Shown: positions 1 to 14,439 of the stretch, piece after piece | How the letters are laid out: every line of letters starts with the position of its first letter | Numbering within the stretch: the first letter of the stretch is position 1 | Source of the DNA: an uncultured Actinomycetes bacterium | GTDB taxonomy: Bacteria > Actinomycetota > Actinomycetes > S36-B12 > CAIYMF01 | Direction of reading: 5' to 3' | Assembly: GCA_963812395.1 (NCBI GenBank) | Contig: CAWEVG010000040.1 | Coordinates: 3,142 to 67,141 of the forward strand | DNA: 64,000 bases | The notes under the pieces: generated by a model | Told to the model about the DNA's origin: nothing | The model's database searches: none | The model's input: only the letters and a program-made list of their open reading frames with translations | Position numbers and translations under genes: made by a program

Positions 1-833
1 GCGTCCATCTGGAGCAACCCGTACGTTCCGCCCCACGTCTCGGGATCCAGCCTGTTGTAGATGACGCGCGCGACCTTGTCGAAGTCGTCGGGATGGCCCT
101 CGGCCTGGACGAGGCTGGCGATGATCATCGCCTCGTAGGGGGTCACGCCGTTCGCCTTGGCGCCGGCCTCGAGGTTCAGCGTCGTCGCCGACTCGTCCCA
201 GCGGTCGACCAACCGGGTCAGGATCTCGGTGGCTGTCTCGCCCTTCTCCAGCTCGTAGGTCGCGGGGAACAGGAAGCCCTCGGCGTTGTCCTGTGCGTAC
301 TTGGGCAACCCGATCTTCCCGCCCTTCGACGCCGCCACGAGCTTCTTCTTCGAGATGCCCGTCGCTGCCGAGATCGTCTCGATGCTCTGCGTGAAGCGAA
401 GGCCCTCCCGAAGCAGCAGCTTGTCGGTCATCCGCGCGGCCGGATCGATCATCCTGTCCACGGCCGCCGCGGCGCTCATCTCCTTGCGCATGTCGTAGAC
501 GCCCGGGCCGATCAGCTTCGCCTTGGACTCCTTGTTGGCCGCCTCGAGCCAGGCATCCACGGACGCGACGACACCCAGCGCCTTGAGGGTGCGCCCGATC
601 TCCGTGAGCGTCTGGCCCTCCTCGACCTTCACCTCGACGGGGTCGGTGCCCTCCCCCACATAGTCGGCAGGCCCGCCGAAGTCGGGGATGTTCTCGATGG
701 CGAACTTGACGCCGAAGCCGATCATCGCCAGGACGCCGATGCTCAGCAGGATCGCGATCCAGGAGCGGCCGCGGTGCCTCGGGCCCTCGGGCGGCCGGCT
801 GTCCGACGACATCTGCAGGCCGAGGTTGCTCAT
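1..833 (-). CDS. mltG: Endolytic murein transglycosylase MltG (YceG-like). The 5' part is present; the 3' end lies beyond the window start.
   Basis: Hand translation of the minus strand from ATG 833-831 gives MSNLGLQMSSDSRPPEGPRHRGRSWIAILLSIGVLAMIGFGV (TM anchor), then GFLFPATYELEKGETATEIL and YEAMIIASLVQAEG. The frame stays open to position 1. It starts 1 nt after the ruvX stop (835). The ruvX-mltG order is typical for Actinobacteria. Confidence 0.85.
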   Translation of the reverse strand, partial: MSNLGLQMSSDSRPPEGPRHRGRSWIAILLSIGVLAMIGFGVKFAIENIPDFGGPADYVGEGTDPVEVKVEEGQTLTEIGRTLKALGVVASVDAWLEAANKESKAKLIGPGVYDMRKEMSAAAAVDRMIDPAARMTDKLLLREGLRFTQSIETISAATGISKKKLVAASKGGKIGLPKYAQDNAEGFLFPATYELEKGETATEILTRLVDRWDESATTLNLEAGAKANGVTPYEAMIIASLVQAEGHPDDFDKVARVIYNRLDPETWGGTYGLLQMD

Positions 834-834
834 C

Positions 835-1287
835 TCACTCCTGAACGAGGGTCCCGGGCGCGACGCCGGTCGCGCGCTCACTGTCGACAGCGTATTGGAC
901 GATCACCACCGCAGCCGCTTGATCCACCACGGCGCGACTCGCGCGGGATGTTCGCCCCGCGGCCCGCAGGTCCCGAGTGGCTGACACGGTGGACAGCCGC
1001 TCGTCGACAAGGCGCACCGGCACGGGAGCAACCACACCCACGAGCTGAGTGGCGAAGCCACGCGCGACCGCAGCAGCCTGGCCGGGCCTGCCCGACATCG
1101 ACAGGGGCAGGCCCACGACCACCTCGACCGCCTCGTGCTCGGCCACGATCGCGGCGATGCGCGCGAGGTCGCCCTCCCCGCGCGGCCACGGTCTCCACTG
1201 GCACCGCCAACATCGCGGACGGGTCGGTGCGGGCCACGCCGATCCGCACGGATCCGACGTCGACCCCGATCCGGACGCCCGGGCGCA

Positions 1288-1288
<1 letters not shown>
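835..1288 (-). pseudogene. ruvX: RuvX/YqgF Holliday-junction resolvase-like nuclease; frame broken once as sequenced
   Basis: The N-terminus MRPGVRIGVDVGSVRIGVARTDPSAMLAVPVETVAAR lies in ORF 878-1288. The rest, EGDLARIAAIVAEHEAVEVVVGLPLSMSGRPGQAA...VDERLSTV...VDQAAAVVIVQ, lies in the frame of ORF 835-1146. The switch is at the C4 run 1176-1179. Confidence 0.85.
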
Positions 1289-3969
<2,681 letters not shown>

Positions 3970-3973
<4 letters not shown>

Positions 3974-4278
3974 GGGTGGGCGTTCCTCGTCTTCGCGGAT
4001 GTGGTCACGGGCGCCGGGACCCAGTCCTCGGGGGGAGGCCCGCTGGTGACCTCCTGCGCAGTCCCGGTCAGCAGGCGGCCCTCACGACGCGCCCTGGCGT
4101 CCTGGAGCCGGCCGAGCCCGTTCGCGGTCCTGCCGGCCAACTTGCTGGTCGTCTGCGCCGCCACCTGGGCCGAACCCAGCGGGCCGAGCTCCTTGGCGCG
4201 CGCGGCTGCCTGCGTGCCCTTGCGGTAGGCCACCACGCCGCCCACGGCGCCGACCACCATCCAGAAGGTCCTACTCAT
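3970..4278 (-). CDS. Small membrane-anchored hypothetical protein (102 aa)
   Basis: Intact ORF with an N-terminal hydrophobic helix ([14 protein letters not shown]). It has a 4-nt overlap with the alaS start and an 8-nt overlap with the rarA stop, suggesting co-translation. No family recognised. Confidence 0.6.
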
Positions 4279-5785
4279 GGCCGAACCCTAACGCCCCGGA
4301 TTCGCTCCCGGTGCGACGATCCGCTCCCAGCACGACGGGAGCAGATCGGCAGAACGGGAGCAAGTCCGCCTGGCAGTCACCCGGTGTGGCCCGAACCACC
4401 GGGATCCGGGGCGGCTCACCGGCGAGGGCGGCGCGCAGGCGGGCCAGGACGTCGCCGAGCCGGGCCTCCACACCGTGCCCGCCGGGCTCGTAGTAGTGCC
4501 GGCCGACCACCGGGTCGGGGGCGTACTGCTGGGCGAGCACGCCCGAGGGATCGTCGTGCGGGTAGCGGTACCCGACGACTCCCAGGGTGGCTGCGTTCGG
4601 GTAGTGCCCGTCGCGCAGGTGGGCCGGCACCTGGCCCACCCGCCCGGCCCGGACGTCGGCCTGGGCAGCGTCGATCGCCCGGATGACGGCGTTCGACTTC
4701 GGGGCGAGGGCGAGGTGGATCGTGGCCTGCGCCAGGGGCAGCCGGGCCTCCGGGAGCCCGATCTGGGCCGACGAGGTCATCGCCGCCGTCGCCACGCCCA
4801 GGGCGCTGGGATCCGCGAGCCCGATGTCCTCGCTGGCCAGGATCACCAGCCGCCGGGCGATGAACCGTGGATCCTCCCCTGCCTCGATCATGCGCGCCAG
4901 GTAGTGCAGGGCGGCGTCCACGTCGCTGCCGCGCACGCTCTTGATGAAGGCCGAGATCACGTCGTAGTGCTGGTCCCCGGTGCGGTCGTAGCGGACCAGC
5001 GCCCGCTGTACCGCCACGCCCACCTGCTCGGCGGTGATCACCGGCGGTGTCCCGTCGCCCTCCGGCTCCCCGGCGGGGACGGCACCGACAACCCCCTCGG
5101 CGGCCGCCTCGAGGTAGGTCAGGGCGCGGCGGGCGTCCCCGCCGGAGTAGCGGATGAGGTCGGCCCTCGCCCCCGGCGACAGCTCGACCCGACCCGCGAG
5201 GCCTCGGGGGTCATCCACCGCCCGGTCGAGCAGCTGCCCCACCTGCTCGTCGGTCAACGAGCTCAGGGTCAGCAGCAGGGACCGCGAGAGCAGGGGCGAG
5301 ACGACGGAGAAGCTCGGGTTCTCGGTGGTCGCGGCGACCAGCGTCACCCACCCGTTCTCCACGCCGGGCAGCAGCGCGTCCTGCTGGGTCCGGGTGAACC
5401 GGTGGACCTCGTCGATGAACAGGACGGTGGGCACCCCGGACATCCGGGCAGTGTCGATCGCGGCGCGCACGTCCTTGACCCCCGCCGTGACCGCGCTCAG
5501 CTCCACGAAGCGCCGGCCCGCCGCCCCGCTCACCAGGGCCGCGATCGTGGTCTTGCCGGTGCCCGGGGGGCCCCACAGGATCACCGAGCTCGCGCCAGAG
5601 CCGTCGATGAGCCGGCGCAGCGGTGATCCCGGCGCCACGAGGTCCGCCTGCCCGACAAGCTCGGACAGGTCCCTGGGCCGCATCCGCACCGCCAACGGCG
5701 CCGCGGCAGCCACGGAACGCTCGCTGAGTCCCGGGGCGTCGAACAGCGACGGACCTGAGGGGGTCGTACGGGAGGGCCCTGGCAC
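4271..5785 (-). CDS. rarA: Replication-associated recombination protein A (RarA/MgsA AAA+ ATPase)
   Basis: [17 protein letters not shown], Walker [10 protein letters not shown], Walker [17 protein letters not shown], and a MgsA C-terminal domain ([21 protein letters not shown]). I place the start at GTG 5785 ([16 protein letters not shown]) by analogy with homologue N-termini. The track ORF extends to 5893. Confidence 0.9.
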   Translation of the reverse strand: MPGPSRTTPSGPSLFDAPGLSERSVAAAAPLAVRMRPRDLSELVGQADLVAPGSPLRRLIDGSGASSVILWGPPGTGKTTIAALVSGAAGRRFVELSAVTAGVKDVRAAIDTARMSGVPTVLFIDEVHRFTRTQQDALLPGVENGWVTLVAATTENPSFSVVSPLLSRSLLLTLSSLTDEQVGQLLDRAVDDPRGLAGRVELSPGARADLIRYSGGDARRALTYLEAAAEGVVGAVPAGEPEGDGTPPVITAEQVGVAVQRALVRYDRTGDQHYDVISAFIKSVRGSDVDAALHYLARMIEAGEDPRFIARRLVILASEDIGLADPSALGVATAAMTSSAQIGLPEARLPLAQATIHLALAPKSNAVIRAIDAAQADVRAGRVGQVPAHLRDGHYPNAATLGVVGYRYPHDDPSGVLAQQYAPDPVVGRHYYEPGGHGVEARLGDVLARLRAALAGEPPRIPVVRATPGDCQADLLPFCRSAPVVLGADRRTGSESGALGFGHE

Positions 5786-5791
5786 GTCGCC

Positions 5792-6645
5792 ATGATAGGC
5801 ACCGTGAGCACCCACGACCCCGACCCCTCGCTGGCAGACCGGATCCGATCGGCCGTGCCCCGCGACGACGAGGGCGCGCAGGCGTACCTGCACGTGGGTG
5901 CCCGGCTGGACGTCGTGTCAGCAGTGCACGCCGAGCCGGCAGCGGTCGCATGGCGCTCGCTGCACGCCACCTGGGACCGGCCGTGGATCATCGCCATGGG
6001 CCACGACCCGGCAGCCGTGGCGCGCTGCGTCGTCGCCCTGGTCGAGGAGGGTGGCCTGCCCGAGGGGATCACCGTCGAGCGACTGGCCTTCACGCACCTG
6101 CCGCCCCGGATACGTCCGGTCGAGCACTGGGAGTGGGACTGGTGGTACACCACCTCGGCCCCCGCCGTGCGCCGCGGCGAGGATCGGGTGATCGGCCTCG
6201 AACCGCACGACCCACGGATCCCGGCGCTGCTCGCGGTCGCCTCCCCGGACGCCATGATCCGCCCCGGAGACCCGCGGATCCGTGGCTGGTGGGCGATCAC
6301 GGACGGGTCGCTCGTCGCGGAGCCCCCGAGGGCCCCGACGCCAGCCGCACGCCCCGCCCGTCCCCCGACGCCCCCGACGAGCTCGTGGCCGTCGCCGCGG
6401 TCACGTCGATGCGTCCCGGGATCCCGCACCTCGGGTCGGTCGCGACCCATCCCGACTGGCGCGGCCGGGGGCTGTCGCGTGACCTGTGCGCCCGCCTGAC
6501 CCGGGATGCGCTGGCCGAGGGCGCCCCCGCGGTCACCCTGGGAATGCACGCGGCGAACCGATCGGCCCGGGCTGTCTACACGTCGCTGGGATACACCGTC
6601 GGCCAACGGTGGGCCAGCGGTCGCGTGACCACCGAAATCGGGTGA
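5792..6645 (+). pseudogene. GNAT-family N-acetyltransferase; frame broken once as sequenced
   Basis: The N-part is in ORF 5792-6499 (to about WWAITDGSLVAE). The C-part is in ORF 5950-6645 (ELVAVAAVTSMRPGIPHLGSVATHPDWRGRGLSRDL...ARAVYTSLGY, the acetyl-CoA binding R-G-x-G motif). The switch lies somewhere in 6310-6375. Confidence 0.65.
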
Positions 6646-6666
6646 TTGCGGCGCTACTGTGGGCGC

Positions 6667-7945
6667 ATGGCCCGTCGGATCATCGCTGCCCTGCTCATCA
6701 TCCTCGCCAGCATCCTGGCCCCCTTCGCGATCGGCGCCCTCTGGGCCGATCGCACCATCACCGAGACCGACACGTTCGTCGAGACCCTGGCACCACTGGC
6801 CGACGACCCGGCTGTGCAGCAGACGGTCGCGACCGAGGTCTCCACGGCGCTCATCGACGCGATCGATGCCCAGTCGCGGATCGAGGAGGCCCTCTCCAAG
6901 GTGCAGGGTCCGCTGGCCGGGCTGCGCCCCGACTCGGCGATCGCCGAGGGGATCGCCTCCGGGATCAATGGGGCCATCGAGTCCGGGGTGACCTCCTACA
7001 CCCAGAGCGACCGCTTCGGCGACGCGTGGATGGCCATCGCGACGCTGCTCCAGGAGCAGTTCGTCAGGCTCATCAACCGCGACACCACGCAACGCCGCGG
7101 TGACCCTCCAGGACGGCCAGATCGTCCTGGACACCAAGGTGGCGGTGGAGAAGGTCCAGGCCCAGCTCGTGGAGCGCGGCGTCCCGTTCGCCGACAAGCT
7201 CGAGGTGCCGGGCCGCGAGGTGGTCCTGGCTGAGTCGCCCAACCTCCAGACCGCCGCCACAGCGCTGGGCATCTTCCTGCCGATCGCCAACTGGATGTGG
7301 GTCGTCGTGCTCCTGATGTTCGTCATCGGGATCATGCTCTGGCGGCCGCGCGCGCGCGGCGTCATGTGGACCGGGATCGGCCTGGCACTCGGCGGGGCCC
7401 TGATGTACGGGGGCCTGCACCTGGGCCAGGCGCAACTGGTCGGCCAGGCACCGGCCGACTACACCGAGGTCCTCTCGGCGGTGAGCACGACCATGCTGCG
7501 CTTCCTGGTCAACGCCCTGCTCGTGATGGCGTGCATCGGCCTCGTCCTGGCGATCGCGGGCTGGCTGGCCGGCGCGACGCCGTCGGGTCGCAAGGTGCGC
7601 GACGCGATCGCCGGAGCGGCTCACCGCTGGGGCAGCCCCCTGGCCGACGGCCCCGTGGGTCGCTTCACCTCGGACCACCCGATGTTCGTGCCCACGCTGC
7701 GCGCGATCGTCATCGTCCTCGCTGCGGCCTACCTGGTCTCGGTCGATCGGCGCAGCCCGTCGATGATCTTCTGGACGTTCGGGCTGATGGCCCTCGGACT
7801 GCTGCTGGTCGAGATCATCGAGGGAGCCGGTCGGGGCTACGAGCAGCCCCGCGCCGGCGCGCTCATCGCCGAGGCCAGCCACGCGCCGGCCGACACGCAG
7901 CCAGCGGTCGCCGGCGACCCAGCCTCCGGCAGCGATCCGTCCTAA
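6667..7945 (+). pseudogene. Conserved integral membrane protein of unknown function; frame broken once as sequenced
   Basis: MARRIIAALLIILASILAPFAIGALW...FVRLINRDTT lies in ORF 6646-7233. It continues as AAVTLQDGQIVLDTKVAVEKVQ plus several TM helices in ORF 7100-7945. The switch is about 7080-7090. Confidence 0.7.
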
Positions 7946-9970
7946 CGGTTCCTCGTCCTCATCCACCGCGACGTCCGCGGCGTTCATCCGGGCCAGGCGC
8001 GCGTTGTAGGCGTTGAGCTCCGCATCACCGTCGAGGTCGGCGCGTCGGTCCATGCGCCGCGCCTCGCGCTCGTCTGACCTGGCCCACTGGAACCCCAGGA
8101 CGATCGCCACGACCAGCGTCGGGATCTCCCCGAAGCCCCACGCGATCGCGCCCGCGTTGTGCGTGTCCGCCACGGTGTCGGTCAGCCACGGCGGCATCAC
8201 GACGGCGTACCACTCGGGAACCATCGGCGCCTCGGTCATCATCATCGGGACCGCGAAGAACGAGTGGATCACCAGCGAGGCCATCAGCAGGATCAGCCGG
8301 GCGGGGTATCCGAGCCGCCGAGGCCCGGCGTCCACACCGATGACGACCCAGTAGAAGAGGTACCCGGCCGCCAGGAAGTGCACCTGCATGGCGAAGTGCC
8401 CGAGGTGCGAGGACATGAGCGTGGCGTAGAGGCTGGTGTAGTAGAGCCCGTAGAGGCCGATCGTGTAGATGAACAGCACGTACGCCGGATGGGTGACGAA
8501 TCGGGTCAGGGGCGAGTGGAGCCCCCAGGTGATCCACTCGCGCGGGCCGCGGGCCCCTCCGGTCGCGGCCGGGATCACGCGCAGGGCGAGGGTGATGGGC
8601 CCACCGAGCACGAGGAACACCGGGGCCAGCATCGCCAGCGCCATGTGGGAGACCATGTGCAGCGTGAACGACACGGGGGCGTACCACGCCACGCCCGCGC
8701 AGGTTGCCCAGATCACCACGCCCCACCCGAGCACCCAGGAGACGAGCCGCCCGACCGGCCAGGTGTCCCCGCGGCGGCGCAGCAGGAGGTAGCCGGTGGC
8801 ATACAGCGCGACGGCCAGCAGGCCCGTCGTGAGCCAGACCCAGTCGGGGTGCCATCCCAGCGCAACCCGGCCGAAGGTGGGTGCCGGTGGGTAGGGGTAG
8901 CCGATCAGGTCCTCACCCAGTGTGGGCAGGTTGACCGGTTGGCGGGGGAAGGCTGAGCGGGCCAGGACCACGGCGACCCCGAGCGCGACCCCGAGCGCGA
9001 CCACCTCGGCAAGCATCCTGCCCGAGCGGATCGCCCCGTCGGAGCCTCGCGACTCCCGACGCACGGCAGCCCCCAGCAGGACTGCGATCACCAGGGCCAC
9101 GATCTTGACCAGGACGGTGTTGCCGTACTCGGTGGTGAGCAGCTCGCTGGGCGAGTCCATGCGGGTCGCCGCCGAGGCCAGCCCGGTGACGGCCAGCGTC
9201 GCCACGGACGCGATCGCGACGACCCCGAACCGGCGGATCCGCTCCCCCATCTGCGGGGATCGACGCACGGCGTGCGTGGCCAGGGCGAGGACCCCACCGC
9301 CCCAGGCCGCCGCAGCGACTGTGTGCAGGAACCCACTGATGAGGGCCAGCGAGTGCCCGCCGAGCCCGGCCGCGTGCCCCGTGAGCGAGGGGATCCCGAC
9401 GGCCACGAGCCCGACAGCGAGCCAGCCGGCAGCCGCGCCGAGGGAGCGCACGAGGGAGAAGCCAATGCCCACCGCACACGCCAGTACCGCGGAGATCAGG
9501 TAGGCCCGGCAGACTTCCACGTCCCACAAGTAGGTCGACACGATGCCCGGGCTCGCCAGGTCGGACACCCCGATCCCAAGCACGTCGGCGAGGGTGAACA
9601 ACGCGAACAGGAGGCTTGCCACGGCCATCACGAAGGCCGAGATCGAGGCCACGGCCAGGTCGGACCGGCCCGAGCGGGTCAGGTCGGTCCGGGCGCCCGG
9701 GTCGAGGGCGACTGCGGAGATGCCGAAGCCGACCATCGCACCGCCGGCCAACAGCGAGGCCAGGCGCAGCACCGGGATGCCATTGACGACGAGCCTTCCC
9801 GCATCCGGGAGCCCGTCACTGACAGGTTGCCACCACACCCCGGCCGCGATGGCAGCGACCACCAGGGCGGCGAGGGCCGCCACGGACCACAGAGCCCGGG
9901 GAAGGACCGCCGACCGCCCTGTTGGTGCCGCGCTCGTCTCGCGGGCATCGGGGGCGGTCCGGGCGGTCAT
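7944..9970 (-). CDS. Fused copper-resistance CopD / cytochrome oxidase assembly CtaG-like membrane protein; 3' end uncertain
   Basis: About 670 aa of polytopic membrane sequence in ORF 7073-9970 (CopD-like N-half, CtaG/caa3-like C-half), ending around ...DGDAELNAYNARLARMNAADVAVDEDEEP. It has a 4-nt overlap with the upstream copC stop. As sequenced there is no in-frame stop until 7073 (see findings). Confidence 0.72.
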
Positions 9971-10521
9971 CGCGTCCGTCGCATGACCCAGGTGCCGGCG
10001 ATCGCACCGATCAGGACGGCCACACCGATGCCGAGGACCCAGGCCAGGAGTCCGGCGTCTGCGTCGCTCTCCGCGGGGGTGGGCCTGGCCGACTCCGCCG
10101 ATGGGCTGGCCGACACGGCCGCCGGGCTGGCGGACACAGCGGTGGGAGACGCCTCCACGGGACCCGCGGCCTGCTCCACGGTGAAGGTGATGGTCCCGTC
10201 GATGGGATGGCCGTCGGCGGAGACGACGCGATAGGCCGCCCGGAACTCCCCCGCCGGGCTCGACACGGGCCAGGTCACCGAGACGGTGTCCCCCTCGACC
10301 TCGACCGGCCCCACCTCGAGCCGGGCGTCGGCCGCGACATCGGTCAGGGTGACGGCGTTGCCCTCGGCCAGGATCTCCTCCCCGAAGACGAACGTCATCG
10401 CCGCCGGGGCCGACGCCAGCGTGGCCCCGTCCTTCGGATCCGACGACTCGAGCTCGGCGTGGGCCCCCGCCGGTGACACGCCCATCAGCACCGCCAGGAG
10501 GTCAGGACCCCGACGATCCAT
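9967..10521 (-). CDS. CopC-domain copper-binding exported protein with C-terminal TM anchor
   Basis: Mature start HAELESSDPKDGATL is the typical CopC H-x-x-L-x-x-S-x-P. An Ig-like domain follows (YRVVSADGHPIDGTITF), then an SP/A-rich linker and a TM helix. The signal peptide may be split by a frame break near 10500 (see findings). Confidence 0.8.
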   Translation of the reverse strand: MDRRGPDLLAVLMGVSPAGAHAELESSDPKDGATLASAPAAMTFVFGEEILAEGNAVTLTDVAADARLEVGPVEVEGDTVSVTWPVSSPAGEFRAAYRVVSADGHPIDGTITFTVEQAAGPVEASPTAVSASPAAVSASPSAESARPTPAESDADAGLLAWVLGIGVAVLIGAIAGTWVMRRTR

Positions 10522-10613
10522 CCCCGGATCACGTGGGTGCGCATCCCATCACTTCCCTCCGTCGCTCGCGGGCCCCCGTTCGTCCCGCTGATCACGCCCA
10601 GCCTACGAAGCCC

Positions 10614-12383
10614 TCACGCACCCTGATCCGACCGGGGTGACTCCGGCGTGGCCGGCTTCGCGTCGATCCCGGCCTCCTTGCGCTGCGCCGGGGTGATCGT
10701 GGTCGGAGCACCCGTCAGCGGGTCGTGCCCGGCGCCGGTCTTCGGGAACGCGATGACATCGCGCAGGGACGAGGCACCGGTGAGCAGCATCACGATCCGG
10801 TCCCAGCCGAAGGCGATGCCGCCGTGCGGGGGCGGCCCGAAGGCGAAGGCGTCCAGCAGGAAGCCGAACTTGTCCTGGGCCTCCTGCTCGTCGATCCCGA
10901 GCACGGAGAACACCCGGCTCTGGACGTCGGCGCGGTGGATACGGATCGACCCGCCGCCGATCTCGTTCCCGTTGCAGACCATGTCGTAGGCGTAGGCCAG
11001 CGCCTCGCCCGGGGACTCCTCGAACTGGTCGATCCACTCGGAGTTGGGTGAGGTGAACGGGTGGTGCACTGCCGTCCAGCCGGGCGTGCCGTCGTCGTCG
11101 ACGACCGCCTCGAACACCGGCGCATCCACGATCCACAGGAACGACCAGGCGTCGGGATCGATCAGGTCGCAGCGCTCGGCGATCTCCAGCCGGGCAGCCC
11201 CCAGCAGTGCGCGCGCCTCGTTGACCGCTCCCGCTGCGAAGAAGATGCAGTCCCCCGGCTTGGCGCCGGTCGCTGCGGCCAGGCCCTCGCGCTCTGCGTC
11301 GGTGAGGTTCTTGGCCACGGGCCCACCGAGCGTGCCGTCCTCGGCGAGGGTGACGTAGGCCAGGCCACGGGCCCCGCGCTGCTTGGCCCACTCCTGCCAG
11401 GCGTCGAAGGTGCGCCGCGGTTGCGACCCGCCGCCGGGCATGACCACCGCACCGACGTACGGCGCCTGGAACACCCGGAACGGGGTCTGCGCGAAGTACT
11501 CGGTGAGCTCCACGAGCTCGATGTCGAACCGGAGGTCGGGCTTGTCGGAGCCGAACCTGCGCATCGCCTCGGCGAACGTCATGTGCGGGATCTCGCCGAT
11601 CTCGTGGCCGACCGTCCCGGCCCACAGCGCCCGGATGACGTCCTCGCCGACCGCGATCACGTCGGACTGCTCCACGAAGCTCATCTCGATGTCGAGCTGG
11701 GTGAACTCCGGCTGGCGGTCCTTGCGGAAGTCCTCGTCGCGGTAGCAGCGCGCGATCTGGAAGTAGCGCTCCATGCCGGCCACCATCAGCAGCTGCTTGA
11801 ACAGCTGCGGGGACTGCGGCAGCGCGTACCAGTTGCCCGGCTGCAGCCGGACCGGCACGAGGAAGTCCCGCGCCCCCTCGGGCGTCGAACGGGTCAGCGT
11901 CGGGGTCTCGATCTCGAGGAAGTCGCGGGCGAACAGCACCTCGCGGGCGATCTGGTTGACCTTGGAGCGCAGCCGCATGATCCGCGCCGGCTCGGGCCGG
12001 CGCAGGTCGAGGTACCGGTAGCGCAGCCGGGCCTCCTCGCCGACCTCGACGTGCTCGTCGATGGGGAAGGGCAGCGGGGCGGCCTCGGAGAGCACCTCGA
12101 GGCTCTCCACCATGACCTCCACGGCGCCGGTGTCCAGGTCCTGGTTCTCATTGCCCTCGGGGCGGGCGACGACCTCGCCGACGACCTTGACGCAGTACTC
12201 GTTGCGCAGCGGGTGGGCGACCTCGGCGTCGTGGACGACCACCTGGACGATGCCGGAGCCGTCGCGCAGGTCGAGGAACGCGACCCCGCCGTGGTCGCGA
12301 CGCCGCCCGATCCATCCGGCCAGGGTCACGGTCTGCCCGATGTCCTGGGCGCGCAGCGTTCCGGCCTCATGGCTGCGGATCAT
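10614..12383 (-). CDS. aspS: Aspartate--tRNA ligase
   Basis: Intact 589-aa ORF with a canonical bacterial AspRS sequence ([67 protein letters not shown]). Confidence 0.97.
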   Translation of the reverse strand: MIRSHEAGTLRAQDIGQTVTLAGWIGRRRDHGGVAFLDLRDGSGIVQVVVHDAEVAHPLRNEYCVKVVGEVVARPEGNENQDLDTGAVEVMVESLEVLSEAAPLPFPIDEHVEVGEEARLRYRYLDLRRPEPARIMRLRSKVNQIAREVLFARDFLEIETPTLTRSTPEGARDFLVPVRLQPGNWYALPQSPQLFKQLLMVAGMERYFQIARCYRDEDFRKDRQPEFTQLDIEMSFVEQSDVIAVGEDVIRALWAGTVGHEIGEIPHMTFAEAMRRFGSDKPDLRFDIELVELTEYFAQTPFRVFQAPYVGAVVMPGGGSQPRRTFDAWQEWAKQRGARGLAYVTLAEDGTLGGPVAKNLTDAEREGLAAATGAKPGDCIFFAAGAVNEARALLGAARLEIAERCDLIDPDAWSFLWIVDAPVFEAVVDDDGTPGWTAVHHPFTSPNSEWIDQFEESPGEALAYAYDMVCNGNEIGGGSIRIHRADVQSRVFSVLGIDEQEAQDKFGFLLDAFAFGPPPHGGIAFGWDRIVMLLTGASSLRDVIAFPKTGAGHDPLTGAPTTITPAQRKEAGIDAKPATPESPRSDQGA

Positions 12384-13729
12384 CGGGGGCTCTCCTCTTC
12401 GTCATGTGCGATGCGCTCGATGCGCGGGTGCAGGTCCTGCTCCGGGGGTGTCCAGAGTGCGGGGTCGGCCGGCTCCTGGGCGCCGGACCGGATGTCCTTG
12501 ACCGAGCCGCCCTCGGCGTCGGGGAACCAGACGAACGGGATGCCGCGACGGTCCGCATAGCGGATCTGCTTGCCGAACTTGTCCGCCTTGGGCGCCACCT
12601 CGACCGGGATCCCACGCGCGCGCAGCGCGCCGGCGATGGTCACGGACTCCGGGCGGCCGGCCTCGTCGGTGACAGCCACCAGCACGCACGTCGGAACCGA
12701 GCGACTGGCCCGCACGAGCCCTCGCCCGAGCAGGACGCCCATCAGGCGCGACACCCCCAGCGAGATGCCGACCCCGGGATACGTGGAACGTCCGTCGCTG
12801 GCCAGGGCGTCATAGCGACCACCGGAGCAGATCGACCCGAAATCCTCGAACCCGACCAGCTGGGTCTCGTAGACGGTGCCGGTGTAGTAGTCCAGGCCGC
12901 GGGCGATCTTGAGGTCGGCAACCACCGCGCCCGGCATCCGATCAGCGGCGGTCCCCACCACGGCGGCCAGCTCCTCGAGCCCCTGGTCGAGCAGGTCGTG
13001 CTCGACGCCCAGCGCCCGGACCGCCTCGACGAAGGACGTGTCGGCGCTGCGGATCGACGCCAGCGCCAGGCACTTCTGGGCGGCCTCGCCCGAGAGCCCG
13101 GCCTCGGACTCCAGCAGCTCGGCCACCCGGGCCGACCCGACCTTGTCGAGCTTGTCGATGGCCCGCAACGCGGCTGCGGGGTCTGACGCGCCCACCCCGC
13201 GGAAGAAGCCCTCCGCGAGCTTGCGGTTGTTGACGAGGATGACGGCCTGCGGCATCGGGAGGGCCCGGAACACCTCGGCCATCACCAGGGCGACCTCGAC
13301 CTCATGGTGGAAGGCCAGCGTGTCGCGGCCCACGATGTCGATGTCGGCCTGGGTGAACTCGCGGTACCGGCCCTCCTGCGGGCGCTCGCCGCGCCACACC
13401 TTCTGCACCTGGTACCGCCGGAAGGGGAAGTCGAGGTGCCCGGAGTTCTGCACCACGTAGCGCGCGAACGGCACCGTCAGGTCGAAGTGCAGCCCGAGGC
13501 CGGCGTCCGGCTCGTCGGCGGGGGCGTGCAGCCGGCGCAGGACGTAGACCTCCTTGTCGATCTCGCCCTTGCGCAGCATCTGCTCCAGTGGTTCGACCGC
13601 GCGGGTCTCGATCGAGGCGAATCCGTGCAGCTCGAAGACCCGCCGCACGGTGTCCAGGACGTGCTGCTCGATGATCCTGTCGGCCGGGAGGTACTCCGGG
13701 AACCCGGACAGCGCAGCGGGGCGGCTCAC
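12380..13729 (-). CDS. hisS: Histidine--tRNA ligase
   Basis: Intact 449-aa ORF with class II motifs ([37 protein letters not shown]). It has a 4-nt overlap with the aspS start. Confidence 0.95.
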   Translation of the reverse strand: MSRPAALSGFPEYLPADRIIEQHVLDTVRRVFELHGFASIETRAVEPLEQMLRKGEIDKEVYVLRRLHAPADEPDAGLGLHFDLTVPFARYVVQNSGHLDFPFRRYQVQKVWRGERPQEGRYREFTQADIDIVGRDTLAFHHEVEVALVMAEVFRALPMPQAVILVNNRKLAEGFFRGVGASDPAAALRAIDKLDKVGSARVAELLESEAGLSGEAAQKCLALASIRSADTSFVEAVRALGVEHDLLDQGLEELAAVVGTAADRMPGAVVADLKIARGLDYYTGTVYETQLVGFEDFGSICSGGRYDALASDGRSTYPGVGISLGVSRLMGVLLGRGLVRASRSVPTCVLVAVTDEAGRPESVTIAGALRARGIPVEVAPKADKFGKQIRYADRRGIPFVWFPDAEGGSVKDIRSGAQEPADPALWTPPEQDLHPRIERIAHDEEESPR

Positions 13730-14439
13730 GAGCCGGCGCCGCTCGTGCGCGCGCTGGGCGTGGTGAGGCCCTGCAGGAACGGGTTGACGCGTCGCTCGAC
13801 GCCGATGGTCGTGGTCTCACCGTGCCCGGGCAGCACCAGCATGTCGTCGGGCTGGGCCAGCACCACCCGCGCCAACGAGTCCAGCATCGCGGCGGTGTCG
13901 CCCCCGGGCAGGTCGGTGCGCCCGATCGCGCCCGCGAACAGCAGGTCGCCGGAGAGCATCAGGGGCTCGGCACCGGTGTCCATCATCCGGAAGGCGGTGG
14001 ACCCCGGCGTGTGACCCGGTGCGTGGTCGGCGGTGAAGGTCATGCCCGCGATCTCCAGGGAGGCACCGTCGGTGAGCTCACGGACGTCGGAGGGCTCGGC
14101 GAAGTCCGCCGCGCCCACGACGCTGGCGAACATCATCCGGGTCTCCCCCGACACCCCGGCCCACGGGTCGGCGAGCAGGGCGCGGTCGTCGGGGTGGATC
14201 CACGCCGGGATGTCGTACCCGTCGCAGACCGGCAGCACCGACCACATGTGGTCCAGGTGCCCGTGGGTGAGGATGACCGCGACCGGGCGCAGCCCGTGCT
14301 CGGCCACGACCTGCTCGATCCCCCTGCGGCTGTCCATCCCGGGATCGATGATGACCGCCTCGCTGTGCGCATCCGGGGCCAGGATCCAGCAGTTGGTCCC
14401 GAACGGGCCAGCCGGGAATCCGGCGATGAGCATGCGCAC
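13726..14439 (-). CDS. MBL-fold metallo-hydrolase (glyoxalase II-like)
   Basis: Intact 237-aa ORF with the THGHLDH metal motif. It has a 4-nt overlap with the hisS start. Confidence 0.85.
   Translation of the reverse strand: MRMLIAGFPAGPFGTNCWILAPDAHSEAVIIDPGMDSRRGIEQVVAEHGLRPVAVILTHGHLDHMWSVLPVCDGYDIPAWIHPDDRALLADPWAGVSGETRMMFASVVGAADFAEPSDVRELTDGASLEIAGMTFTADHAPGHTPGSTAFRMMDTGAEPLMLSGDLLFAGAIGRTDLPGGDTAAMLDSLARVVLAQPDDMLVLPGHGETTTIGVERRVNPFLQGLTTPSARTSGAGS

Noticed and set aside
5785-5792. Head-to-head start codons of rarA and the GNAT gene only 6 nt apart.
   Set aside because: This most likely reflects uncertainty in my start-codon choices. rarA could start further upstream, or the GNAT gene at GTG 5806. 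I do not read it as an unusual overlapping-promoter arrangement.
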